Shown: positions 20,945 to 30,460 of the stretch, one piece after another | How the letters are laid out: each line of letters opens with the position of its first letter | Position numbering within the stretch: the first letter of the stretch is position 1 | Source of the DNA: Candidatus Marinacidobacterium sp. | GTDB lineage: Bacteria > Acidobacteriota > Vicinamibacteria > Marinacidobacterales > Marinacidobacteraceae | Direction of reading: 5' to 3' | NCBI GenBank assembly: GCA_965220965.1 | Contig: OZ244852.1 | Coordinates: 128,001-192,000, forward strand | DNA length: 64,000 nucleotides | Notes under the pieces: model-generated | Database searches by the model: none | What the model saw: the letters and a program-made list of their open reading frames with translations, nothing else | What the model was told of the DNA's origin: nothing | Translations under genes and position numbers: made by a program

Positions 20945-21442
20945 CTACGATTCCCGGCTCGCCGAAGCCCGCGCCGTGACCCAGGTGATGAGGCCGCCGA
21001 GCAGCGTGGTCCACGCCACCAGCCAGAAGAACACCTGTGCGAGGACGCCGCCCCAGAACCACTGGGCGATCGGGCTCATCGTCTCCATGTCGGGCGGGTA
21101 GGCGTCGTAGTGCGTGCCCCAGTCGCCGAGCGTGGCGAACAGCATGATCAGGATCACCGGGATCCGCGCCCCCAGGCCGTAGACGAAGTTCGTCACCAGC
21201 GCGGCGCGGAACCCGGCCTCTCCCTGCCGAGCCAGCTTCCGTCCGAACCAGACGGCGAAGATCGGCGCCAGCCAGGAGATCCCGATGATCGCGCCGGTTC
21301 CCCCCGCCTCCCGGTTCACCAGGAAGTCGGGCAGCCCGCCGAGCGCGCCCAGCAGCCGGACCAGGGTAACCGCGAGCGAGATGAGGACCGCGGTTCGCAC
21401 CAGCGTCCAGGCGGAAGCAAAGGACATAAAAGAGGATGCCAT
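20945..21442 (-). CDS. Hypothetical membrane protein
   Basis: About four hydrophobic segments, WGTHYD motif. Confidence 0.7.
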   Translation of the reverse strand: MASSFMSFASAWTLVRTAVLISLAVTLVRLLGALGGLPDFLVNREAGGTGAIIGISWLAPIFAVWFGRKLARQGEAGFRAALVTNFVYGLGARIPVILIMLFATLGDWGTHYDAYPPDMETMSPIAQWFWGGVLAQVFFWLVAWTTLLGGLITWVTARASASRES

Positions 21443-21554
21443 GGAAAAACCGCCTTCGTCGTCAGGGACCCGGGAGCGCCGGCGGCGACCCGGGGTCCGG
21501 CTGTGGAAGCGCGGGAGTTTGTCAGACTATGGCCCTTCCCACCGAGGTTCCGCC

Positions 21555-23183
21555 GTGAAGCCGTCCCCTGTCCATCGTCCCGTTCCGTTCCTGCTCGCCG
21601 CCGGCGCCGCCGTCCTGGCGCTCTCCTGCGGGGCGCCGGCCGGGCGCTTCGATGAGGCGCGTCTCCTCGCGCACATCGAGACCCTCGCCTCCGACGAATT
21701 CGGCGGACGCGCGCCCGGGACGAACGGGGGCGAGGCGACGGTCCGGTATCTGAGCGAGGCGTTCCGCGACCTCGGCCTCGAGCCCGGGAACGCGGCCGCC
21801 GGCGAGGACGCCGGGTGGTTCCAGGAAGTGCCCCTCGTCAGCTATCGCGCGGTCACGATGGAGGCCGCGTCGGATCCGGGCGGGTCGTGGGCGCCGGGCG
21901 CGGAGTTCGTGGCCTGGACGCGGCGGCCCGAGGCCGCCACCGAGGTCTCCGGCGAGCTCGTCTTCGCGGGGTACGGGGTGACGGCGCCGGAGTACGGCTG
22001 GGACGACTTCGGGGACGTCGATCTCGCCGGCAAGGTGATCGTGGTGCTGGTGAACGACCCGCCGGGGGAGCATCACTTCGGCGGCGATGCGATGACCTAC
22101 TACGGGCGCTGGACCTACAAGTTCGAGGCGGCGGCGGCGCAGGGGGCGCTCGGCGCGCTCATCGTCCACGAGACCGGCCCCGCCGGCTATCCGTGGGCAG
22201 TCGTCGAGCAGTCGTGGACCGGACCGCAGTTCGATCTCCGGGCCGGGGCGGCTGCCGAGACCCCCGACCAACTCGCCGTCCAGGGCTGGATCCACCGCGA
22301 CCGGGCCGTCTCGCTCTTCGCCGAAGGCGGCAGCGACTTCGAGGCCGCGAAGGCCCGCGCCGCCGAGCCGGGCTTCGCGCCGGAGCCTCTGGGCGTCCGG
22401 GTCGACTTCCGGCTCGAGACGACCCGCTCCGAGCTGGAGTCCAGGAACGTCATCGCGATGGTTCCCGGACGGGAGGCCCCCGGCGAAGCGGTGATCTACA
22501 CCGCGCACTGGGACCATCTCGGGACCGCCGAAGGGATGGAGGGAGACAACATCTTCAACGGCGCGCTCGATAACGCCACCGGCACGGCCGGCCTGCTGGC
22601 GCTCGCCGAGGCGTTCGCGAGCGAAGGCCCCGCCCGGCGCAGCGTCGTGTTCCTCGCGGTGACCGCCGAGGAGCAGGGCCTCCTCGGTTCCCGCCACTAC
22701 GCCGAAAACCCCCTCCTGCCGAGGGCGGACACCGTCGCGGCGCTCAACATGGACGGCATGAACGTCTGGGGTCCCACCTCGGACCTCACGGTCGTGGGGC
22801 TCGGCCAGTCGCAGCTCGACGACATCGCCGCGGAGGTGGCGGCGGAGCTCGGGCGGACCCTCCACCCCGACCCCGAGCCGGAGAAGGGCTACTACTACCG
22901 GTCGGACCACTTCGAGTTCGCCCGGGTGGGGATCCCGGCGTTCTACCCCGACACCGGGACCGACTTCATCGGACGTCCCCCCGAATACGGGATGGAGGTC
23001 CGCGCCGAGTACGTCGCCGAGCGCTACCACAAGCCGGCCGACGAGGTGGAGCCGTGGTGGGACCTCTCCGGCATGACCGACGACCTCGAGTTCCTCTACC
23101 GGATGGGCCGCCGGCTGGCCGAGGGCGACGACTGGCCCGAGTGGTCGGAAACCAGCGAATTCCGAGCCCGGCGCGCGCGGTGA
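21555..23183 (+). CDS. M28 family aminopeptidase with PA domain (lipoprotein)
   Basis: LASDEFGGRAPG, YYGRWTYK, TAHWDHLG, GALDNATG, AEEQGLLGS, RSDHF, YHKPADE. Confidence 0.92.
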   Translation: MKPSPVHRPVPFLLAAGAAVLALSCGAPAGRFDEARLLAHIETLASDEFGGRAPGTNGGEATVRYLSEAFRDLGLEPGNAAAGEDAGWFQEVPLVSYRAVTMEAASDPGGSWAPGAEFVAWTRRPEAATEVSGELVFAGYGVTAPEYGWDDFGDVDLAGKVIVVLVNDPPGEHHFGGDAMTYYGRWTYKFEAAAAQGALGALIVHETGPAGYPWAVVEQSWTGPQFDLRAGAAAETPDQLAVQGWIHRDRAVSLFAEGGSDFEAAKARAAEPGFAPEPLGVRVDFRLETTRSELESRNVIAMVPGREAPGEAVIYTAHWDHLGTAEGMEGDNIFNGALDNATGTAGLLALAEAFASEGPARRSVVFLAVTAEEQGLLGSRHYAENPLLPRADTVAALNMDGMNVWGPTSDLTVVGLGQSQLDDIAAEVAAELGRTLHPDPEPEKGYYYRSDHFEFARVGIPAFYPDTGTDFIGRPPEYGMEVRAEYVAERYHKPADEVEPWWDLSGMTDDLEFLYRMGRRLAEGDDWPEWSETSEFRARRAR

Positions 23184-23199
23184 ACCGAGCGGCCAGGGC

Positions 23200-23548
23200 A
23201 GGGGGCTCCCCGGGTCGAGCGCTGTCGCGCCGGCGCCACGCGGAGCCCCGACATGCCCCCTTCCCTGACCGCCTGGCCCTGCGGGCCGGCAATCGAAACT
23301 TGCTACGCCAAGTTCCGATTGACCGGACCAATCGCGGGAGGGGGTTCCCCCCTCCCGGGCCCACCCCGGACTACGCGGGTGGTGCGGGGAAGGAGCGACT
23401 CCGGTTGAGCGATGTAGTGCTGGTCCACCCGGAGCCCCGACATGCTCCCTTCCTGACCGCCTGGCCTTGCGGGCCAGCAATCGACTGCGCGGGTGGTGCG
23501 GGGAAGGAGCGACTCCCGGTCGAGCGCCGATGCGCTGGTCCACCCGGA
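23200..23548. repeat. About 115-bp imperfect tandem repeat (about 2.5 units) downstream of tRNA-Pro(CGG)
   Basis: 23236-23296 matches 23425-23484; 23369-23433 matches 23483-23548. Confidence 0.8.
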
Positions 23549-23603
23549 TGGTCCGCGGGCCCCCGCGAGAACCCCTCACCGAACCCACCCCGGATCGGCC
23601 GCG

Positions 23604-23677
23604 TCGGGGCGGCAGGATTTGAACCTGCGACCCCCTGATCCCGAACCAGGTGCTCTGCCAGACTGAGCCACGCCCCG
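23604..23677 (-). tRNA. tRNA-Pro(CGG)
   Basis: Reverse complement CGGGGCG...CGCCCCG-A, anticodon arm CCTGG-TT CGG GA-TCAGG, GTTCAAATC; CCA not encoded. Confidence 0.96.
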
Positions 23678-23884
23678 TGCGGCCGGGGGGCGGATTCTAG
23701 TCGCGCCACCGGTCTTCCGGGGCGCCCGGCGACGAGGGGTGGTTGACATGGCGCCTCGCGCTGTGTTGGAGTTGCCGCCTTATTCGCCCGAGCGGGCCTC
23801 CTTCCGGAGGACGGGCGCGGGCGGACGATCCAGGAGAGTTTCTTGAGACAGGACGCCGACCCCCTTTGCCGTGGGTCTGGCGCC

Positions 23885-23913
23885 TTGCCACCCCGACCCC
23901 ACCTGCCTATACT
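23885..23913 (+). promoter_or_regulatory. Sigma70-type promoter for the first array gene
   Basis: TTGCCA-N17-TATACT, about 170 nt upstream of ATG 24085. Confidence 0.7.
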
Positions 23914-24084
23914 CTCCCCTCATTCGCCCGGCGCGTTCAGCGCGCTCGGGTTTTTCCCGTTCTACGGGAGCTAGCCATTGAATTTCACGAGACGGCGTCC
24001 TTGCCCCCGTCGGACTCCCCCCGGAGTCCCGGTTGTGGCGATGGTTGCGGTCCTGTTTCAAACTACCTACGGGAGGTAGGCCAA

Positions 24085-25797
24085 ATGACGCAGTTCACGA
24101 GGAAGTCGGTCCCCCGCGGGCTGATCGTCCTCCTTGCCCTGATGCTGGGGGCCGGTCTCGTGCTTTCGGGATGCGGTGAGGAAGAAGCAACCCCGGCTCC
24201 GGCGCCTGCGCCAGCTCCCGCGCCTGCGCCGGAGCCCGAGCCCGAGCCTGAGCCGGAACCCGAGCCGGAGCCCGAGCCTGGCCTCGAGGTCACCTTCTCG
24301 GCGCCGGACGGCGAGCATCCGATGGTTCCGGACGACGAAACGGACGCGGCCACCGCGATGGCGATGGTGAACCCCAAGATGACGGTCACCTCGAACATGC
24401 TGGCGGCGGTGACCCCGCTGTTCGTCGACGGCGCCTCGGCGGTCGCGGCGATGCCGGGCGACAGCACGCCGTTCGAGTTCGTCTCGTGGCACGCCGCGCA
24501 GTCGGCGGTGGTCAGCGGCGGCGCGACCTTCGCGGTGGTGAAGGCGTCGATCGGCGCGAACCAGGAAGTCGTTCCTTCGGGCGCGGTGAGCTACGTGACC
24601 TGCGGGCCGTTCGAGTGCCAGGCGGGCCAGGAAGCTCCGCCGATCTCGATCGCGAACTCGGCGGCCTGCGCTGGCTGGGATCCGAGCCTCGACCTCGAGG
24701 TCGGGAAAGTGGACAACGTCGGCGGCGCCGATAACGACGACGGCTACGACCTGGGCTGGGTCTACTCCTCGTCGCTCGCGTTCAACATCGAGCACGACTT
24801 CGGGACCTACACCGACGGCGGCACGACGAAGGACCACGCGAAGGGCACGAGCAAGGCGGTCACGATGGCCAACATCGGCCTCGCGATCATCGCGGACGCG
24901 GATGAGAACACCGACGGGCTCCAGAACCCGTGCGAGACCTATACGGGCGGCCAATCCGGCGACCTTCTCGAGCCGCGGGGCTGCTTCCGGCTGACGGCGG
25001 GGACGACGAACTTCCTTTCGGACTACACGGTCACGATCATGCCGCAGGGCGCGGGCGTTTCGTGGGGCAAGGTGAGCAACTGGGACGACGACCCGTTTGA
25101 AGGCCTGACCTGCGACAACCGGTCCTTCGAGGCGGCGGACTGGGTGGACTCCTGCGCCATGTTCGAGGACGAGGTCGACGCCGCGATCAGCGGCGCCAAG
25201 GTCGCCGCCGCGACGCTCGCCACCGGGACGAGCACGCTTGCCGATCTGGGCCTGACGCTGGGCTCCTCCGGGGACCAGTACACCGCGCTCCACTACACGG
25301 TGGGTGACAGCAAGACCGTTGCGGATCTCTTCGCGGGCGCCAACGCCGGCACGATCGGTGGCGCGATCGAGCTCCACGACACCGATGGGGACCCGAAATA
25401 CGGGGACTTCGGGAAGGTGAACACGATCAAGACCACCGCTGGCGACAACAACGACACCGCGGACAACTACTCCGGGAACTCGGACGCCGAGAAGTGCTCG
25501 GCCGAGGACGGCGGCGCCGCGGCCAAGCTGACCAAGGACGACGACGACAACGTCACCGGCGTCACGGCCTACAGCACGCTGTGCGACGCCGAGGATGTCG
25601 AGATGGAGGTCACGCTGAACTTCCACGACTTCGGCGCCTCGAAGGCGGCGGCCCACGCCTGCAAGGCGAGCCGGACGCTCAGCATCACCTGCCAGTGGGA
25701 CGCCGACGGCGGCATCGGCCGCCTGGCCAGCGACACGCCGGTGGCGGCGATCGCGCCCGGCAACATCGACAAGTTCCTGAGCTGCAAGGTCAACTGA
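24085..25797 (+). CDS. Cys-rich acidic lipoprotein of unknown family, copy A1
   Basis: GGAGG RBS, lipobox LSGC, (PA)n(PE)n linker, 12 Cys conserved in all five copies. Confidence 0.88.
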   Translation: MTQFTRKSVPRGLIVLLALMLGAGLVLSGCGEEEATPAPAPAPAPAPAPEPEPEPEPEPEPEPEPGLEVTFSAPDGEHPMVPDDETDAATAMAMVNPKMTVTSNMLAAVTPLFVDGASAVAAMPGDSTPFEFVSWHAAQSAVVSGGATFAVVKASIGANQEVVPSGAVSYVTCGPFECQAGQEAPPISIANSAACAGWDPSLDLEVGKVDNVGGADNDDGYDLGWVYSSSLAFNIEHDFGTYTDGGTTKDHAKGTSKAVTMANIGLAIIADADENTDGLQNPCETYTGGQSGDLLEPRGCFRLTAGTTNFLSDYTVTIMPQGAGVSWGKVSNWDDDPFEGLTCDNRSFEAADWVDSCAMFEDEVDAAISGAKVAAATLATGTSTLADLGLTLGSSGDQYTALHYTVGDSKTVADLFAGANAGTIGGAIELHDTDGDPKYGDFGKVNTIKTTAGDNNDTADNYSGNSDAEKCSAEDGGAAAKLTKDDDDNVTGVTAYSTLCDAEDVEMEVTLNFHDFGASKAAAHACKASRTLSITCQWDADGGIGRLASDTPVAAIAPGNIDKFLSCKVN

Positions 25798-25814
25798 GGC
25801 TGAACCAGTAACCG

Positions 25815-25848
25815 GGAGCCCCGGGGTCTTCGGACCCCGGGGCTTTTT
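25815..25848 (+). terminator. Intrinsic terminator with UUCG loop
   Basis: AGCCCCGGGGTC-TTCG-GACCCCGGGGCT-TTTT. Confidence 0.9.
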
Positions 25849-25873
25849 CGGTGTACGGCGCCGCGGATGCGGG

Positions 25874-26361
25874 AATCTCTACGACGACCCGGACCGGCGG
25901 GCGGCTGATGGCTTCCGCCGCCTCGGCGGCCGCACCGGAGGCTTCGTCCGTCGGGCGTTCCCGCTCTTCGATGAGGACCGCGATCCCGGTTGCGACGATT
26001 TCGGCAAGCGGGATGTGGACCGGGACGACGATCCGGACATCCATGACAGCAGCAATCCTGACGCCGACGAGTGCGTGGCGACAGATGGCGGCGCGCCCCA
26101 GGAGAAGACCGCCCGCCGGCGTCGTGACGAGGCCCGGCTCGCTCTGCGCTTCCTCGGTCGAGCCGGGAACCACGCTGGACCTCCAGGACTTCTCGGGGGG
26201 CGATCCGGTCTGCCGGACCTCATGCACCTTCACGCTCCCCTGCTTCAGGGACGCCAGCGGCGACACCGACCAGGGTCGTGAGCCATACGCGCGAAGGGGC
26301 GCTCACCAACCTCAACGGGGAAGGCGTCCTCCCGCGCGCGGTGTCGGCGCGCCAGGGCTGA
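25874..26361 (+). pseudogene. 3' fragment of a B-type lipoprotein gene with no start codon
   Basis: Aligns by eye to about 29740-30225; frameshift near 26110 (ACCGCCCGCC vs ACCGCCGCC). Confidence 0.88.
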
Positions 26362-26384
26362 GGCCCCCGACCCTCGTCCGCGGA

Positions 26385-26564
26385 GGTAGGCGGGGTTGCC
26401 CTTGTCTGGTAGAATCGCGATACTGCGCGGGCTGGCGTTGCGGCGAATCACGTCGGAACGCGTCGGACCGGCGCGGCGCCGCTGGCCGGGATGGACGCCG
26501 GCGCGAAACCCCTCTTTTGCGTGCGTAGCACACGCCGGAGATGGCCTGCAGGAGGTAGGCGCAC
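26385..26564 (+). promoter_or_regulatory. Promoter and about 145-nt leader, duplicated at about 30280-30460
   Basis: TG-g-TAGAAT (26407-26415) / TG-g-TAAAAT (30302-30310); near-identical leader ending in the SD hairpin. Confidence 0.7.
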
Positions 26565-28280
26565 ATGACACAGTTCACCAGGAAGTCGGTCCCCCGAGGG
26601 CTGATGCTTCTCCTCGTCCTGATGCTGGGCTCCGGTCTCGCGCTGTCGGGATGCGGAGAGGAAGAAGCAACCCCGGCTCCGGCGCCTGCGCCGGCGCCAG
26701 CTCCCGCCCCCGAACCGGAGCCCGAGCCTGAGCCGGAACCCGAGCCGGAGCCCGAGCCCGGCCTCGAGATCACCTTCTCGGCGCCGGACGGCGAGCATCC
26801 GATGGTTCCGGACGACGAAGAGGACGCCGCCACCGCGATGGCGATGGTGAACCCGAAGATGACGGTCACCTCGAACATGCTGGCGGCGGTCACTCCGCTG
26901 TTCGTTGACGGCGCCTCGGCGGTCGCGGCGATGCCAGGCAACAGCACGCCGTTCGAGTTCGTCTCGTGGCATGCCGCGCAGTCGGCGGTGGTCAGCGGCG
27001 GAGCGACCTTCGCGGTGGTGAAGGCGTCGATCGGCGCGAACCAGGAAGTCGTTCCTTCGGGCGCGGTGAGCTATGTGACCTGCGGGCCGTTCGAGTGCCA
27101 GGCGGGCCAGGAAGCTCCGCCGATCTCGATCGCGAACTCGGCGGCCTGCGCCGGCTGGGATCCGAGCCTCGACCTCGAGGTCGGGAAAGTGGACAACGTC
27201 GGCGGCGCCGATAACGACGACGGCTACGACCTGGGCTGGGTCTACTCCTCGTCGCTCGCGTTCAACATCGAGCACGACTTCGGGACCTACACCGACGGCG
27301 GCACGACGAAGGACCACGCGAAGGGCACGAGCAAGGCGGTCACGATGGCCAACATCGGCCTCGCGATCATCGCGGACGCGGATGAGAACACCGACGGGCT
27401 CCAGAACCCGTGCGAGACCTATACGGGCGGCCAATCCGGCGACCTGCTCGAGCCGCGGGGCTGCTTCCGGCTGACGGCGGGGACGACGAACTTCCTTTCG
27501 GACTACACGGTCACGATCATGCCGCAGGGCGCGGGCGTTTCGTGGGGCAAGGTGAGCAACTGGGACGACGACCCGTTTGAAGGCCTGACCTGCGACAACC
27601 GGTCCTTCGAGGCGGCGGACTGGGTGGACTCCTGCGCCATGTTCGAGGACGAGGTCGACGCCGCGCTCAGCGGCGCCAAGGTCGCCGCCGCAACGGTGGA
27701 CTCCAATCAACAGCTCAATGACCTGGGCCTGACGCTGGGCTCCTCCGGGGACCAGTACACCGCGCTCCACTACACGGTGGGTGACAGCAAGACCGTTGCG
27801 GATCTCTTTGCCGGCGCCAACGCCGGCACGATCGGTGGCGCGATCGAGCTCCACGACGCCGATGGGGACCCGAAATACGGGGACTTCGGCAAGGTGAACA
27901 CGATCGTCAGCGGCCGCGACGTTGCCATGAACGACGACAAGGCGGACAACTACGCCAACAACGCGGACGCCGAGAAGTGCGACGCCGCGGACGGCGGCGC
28001 CGCGGTCAAGCTGACCAAGGACGACGCCGGAACCGTCACCGGCGTCACGGCCTACAGCACGCTGTGCGACGCCGAGGATGTCGAGATGGAGGTCACGCTG
28101 AACTTCCACGACTTCGGCGCCTCGAAGGCGGCGGCCCACGCCTGCAAGGCGAGCCGGACGCTCAGCATCACCTGCCAGTGGGACGCCGACGGCGGCATCG
28201 GCCGCCTGGCCAGCGACACGCCGGTGACCACAATCACGGACGCCGACATGGGCAAGTTCCTGAGCTGCAAGGTCAACTGA
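26565..28280 (+). CDS. Cys-rich acidic lipoprotein, copy A2
   Basis: Body nearly identical to A1; leader and signal peptide nearly identical to A3. Confidence 0.9.
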   Translation: MTQFTRKSVPRGLMLLLVLMLGSGLALSGCGEEEATPAPAPAPAPAPAPEPEPEPEPEPEPEPEPGLEITFSAPDGEHPMVPDDEEDAATAMAMVNPKMTVTSNMLAAVTPLFVDGASAVAAMPGNSTPFEFVSWHAAQSAVVSGGATFAVVKASIGANQEVVPSGAVSYVTCGPFECQAGQEAPPISIANSAACAGWDPSLDLEVGKVDNVGGADNDDGYDLGWVYSSSLAFNIEHDFGTYTDGGTTKDHAKGTSKAVTMANIGLAIIADADENTDGLQNPCETYTGGQSGDLLEPRGCFRLTAGTTNFLSDYTVTIMPQGAGVSWGKVSNWDDDPFEGLTCDNRSFEAADWVDSCAMFEDEVDAALSGAKVAAATVDSNQQLNDLGLTLGSSGDQYTALHYTVGDSKTVADLFAGANAGTIGGAIELHDADGDPKYGDFGKVNTIVSGRDVAMNDDKADNYANNADAEKCDAADGGAAVKLTKDDAGTVTGVTAYSTLCDAEDVEMEVTLNFHDFGASKAAAHACKASRTLSITCQWDADGGIGRLASDTPVTTITDADMGKFLSCKVN

Positions 28281-28297
28281 CGCTGAAGCAGTGACCG

Positions 28298-28331
28298 GGA
28301 GCCCCGGGGTCTTCGGACCCCGGGGCTTTTT
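28298..28331 (+). terminator. Intrinsic terminator with UUCG loop
   Basis: Identical to 25815-25848. Confidence 0.9.
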
Positions 28332-28494
28332 CGGTGTACGGCGCCGCGGAAACCCGGCGGCGAAGCCGTTCTGGCTCCCGCGCCCGGCGGCCCGGGGAGG
28401 CGCCGCTGGTAGGATCGGCGGAGTCGCCGAGATCCCTGCGCCGTCCTGAAAGGTGGGCGGCGTCACCCTGACGGCGACTGCAGGAGGACGCGCG

Positions 28495-30225
28495 ATGGCG
28501 CAGTTCATGAGGAAACCGGCCCCCCGGGGGCCGATCCTCCTCCTCGCCCTGACGCTGGGGGCCGGGCTCGCGCTCCCGGGATGCGGCGAGGAAGAGGCCG
28601 AGCCGGCGCCGGCCCCGGCGCCCACGCCGACGCCGGTTCCGCCGCCCGCGCCGGCGCCCGCGCCCGAGCCGGAACCCGAGACCCCGCCGCTCGAGGTGAC
28701 CTTCACGGCGCCCGCGGGCGAGGCGCCGATGGTCCCGGACGACGGGACGGACGCCGCGACCGCGATGGCGAGCGTGAACTCCGGGATGACCGTCTCCTCG
28801 AACGCGGTGGCGGCGGTGACCCCGCTGTTCGTCGAGGGCGCCTCGCCGGTGGCGTTGCTGCCGGGGGACAACACGCCGTTCCAGTACGTCTCGTGGCGCG
28901 CTCCGCAGTCGCTCGTCGTCGGCAGCGGGGCGACCTTCATGGTGGCGAAGGCCGCGATCGGGGCGAACCAGGAGGTCGTGCCTTCGGGCGCGGTCACCTA
29001 CGTGACCTGCGGACCGTTCCGGTGCCAGGAGGGCCGGGAAGCTCCCGAGCTTCTGGCGTCGGACACCCCGGCCTGCCAGGGCTGGAACCCGACGCTCACC
29101 CTCGAAGTCGGGCACGTGGACAACGACTTCGAAGGAGACGCGGCCACAAACTATGGCGCCAACGACGGCTTCGACCTCGGCTGGGTCTACTCCTCGTCGC
29201 TGGACTTCGACGCCCTCCACACCTTCGGCGCGCTCATCGCCGGGGGCGAGAGCTCGCACGCCAGCGGCTCCCGGAAGCCGATGGCGCTCGCGAACATGGG
29301 GGACGAGCTCATCGCGGACGCCGATCCGTCCCGGGACGGGGTCCAGGACCCGTGCCTGACTTACGACGGGAGCCAGTCCAACGACATCCTCAAGCCGCGC
29401 GGCTGCTTCCGGCTGAAGCCCAACCACTTGCCGGACTACGCGGTCACGCTGACGCCCGCGTCCGATGTCTCGTGGGGCCGGGTGACCAACCGGGCCGAAG
29501 ATCCGTTCACCGGTCTCAAGTGCGAGGCGGTGACGTTCCGGGCGGCCGACCAGGCGGACGCCTGCGCGCTGTTCGAGGCCGAAGTCGAGTACGCGACCGC
29601 CCCCCCGCTCCGGGTCACCGGAGTGGCCCTGCGCGGCGCCCTGTGGAACATCGACCTCGAAATGGAAGACATCTGGGAGCAGCGCCGTCCCCCGCGTCAG
29701 TACCGCACGCTGCCCTTTGCTGGCGAAGACGGCGTCTACAATCTCTACGAGGATCCGGACTGGCGGGCGGATGATGGCTTCCGCCCCTTCGGCGGCCACA
29801 CCTCGGGCGTCGTCCGCCGGCTGTTCCCGCTCCTCGATGAGGACGGGGATCCCCGTTACGGCGATTTCGGCAAGCCGGACGTGGACCGGGACGACGATCC
29901 GGACATCTATGACAGCACCAACCCCGACGCCGACGAGTGCACGGCGGCGGATGGCGGCGAGCCGCAGCAGAAGACCGCCGCCGGCGTCGTGACGAGGCCC
30001 GGCTCGCTCTGCGATTCCTCGGTCGAGCTGGAAGTCACGCTGGACTTCCAGGACTTCCCGGGGAGCGACCCGGTCTGCCGGACCTCACGGACGTTCACCC
30101 TCTCCTGCTTCTGGGACGCCAGCGGCGACATCGGCAAGGTCGTCGGTGACACGCGGGAGCGGGAGCTCCATAACCACAACTGGAGCAGCTTCCTCGAGTG
30201 CTCGGTGTCGGCGCGCCGGGACTGA
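28495..30225 (+). CDS. Cys-rich acidic lipoprotein, divergent copy B
   Basis: AGGAGG RBS, lipobox LPGC, same 12 Cys; TG-g-TAGGAT at 28407-28415. Confidence 0.88.
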   Translation: MAQFMRKPAPRGPILLLALTLGAGLALPGCGEEEAEPAPAPAPTPTPVPPPAPAPAPEPEPETPPLEVTFTAPAGEAPMVPDDGTDAATAMASVNSGMTVSSNAVAAVTPLFVEGASPVALLPGDNTPFQYVSWRAPQSLVVGSGATFMVAKAAIGANQEVVPSGAVTYVTCGPFRCQEGREAPELLASDTPACQGWNPTLTLEVGHVDNDFEGDAATNYGANDGFDLGWVYSSSLDFDALHTFGALIAGGESSHASGSRKPMALANMGDELIADADPSRDGVQDPCLTYDGSQSNDILKPRGCFRLKPNHLPDYAVTLTPASDVSWGRVTNRAEDPFTGLKCEAVTFRAADQADACALFEAEVEYATAPPLRVTGVALRGALWNIDLEMEDIWEQRRPPRQYRTLPFAGEDGVYNLYEDPDWRADDGFRPFGGHTSGVVRRLFPLLDEDGDPRYGDFGKPDVDRDDDPDIYDSTNPDADECTAADGGEPQQKTAAGVVTRPGSLCDSSVELEVTLDFQDFPGSDPVCRTSRTFTLSCFWDASGDIGKVVGDTRERELHNHNWSSFLECSVSARRD

Positions 30226-30460
30226 GGGCCGGGATCCGCTTCCGCCCCCCTGGCGTCACGCCGGGGGCGACCGGGTGGCGGTAGGCGGGGTTGCCCTTGT
30301 CTGGTAAAATCGCGATACTGCGCGGGCTGGCGTTGCGGCGATTCACGTCGGAATGCTGCGGACCGGCGCGGCAAGGCTGGCCGGGATGGACGCCGGCGTG
30401 AAAAACCCTCTTTTGCGTGAGTAGCACACGCCGGAGATGGCCTGCAGGAGGTAGGCGCAC

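Noticed and set aside
23200-23548. attL/attR of an element integrated at tRNA-Pro
   Set aside because: No direct repeat of the tRNA 3' end and no integrase found
23743-24084. Extended N-termini for A1 (from 23743), B (28453), C (32263) and Fn3 paralog 1 (13925)
   Set aside because: Paralog alignment, SD sequences and signal peptides place the starts at 24085, 28495, 32491 and 14015
25874-30225. psiB/B pair as a diversity-generating retroelement TR/VR
   Set aside because: Mismatches involve all four bases, not just adenines, and there is no reverse transcriptase in the window
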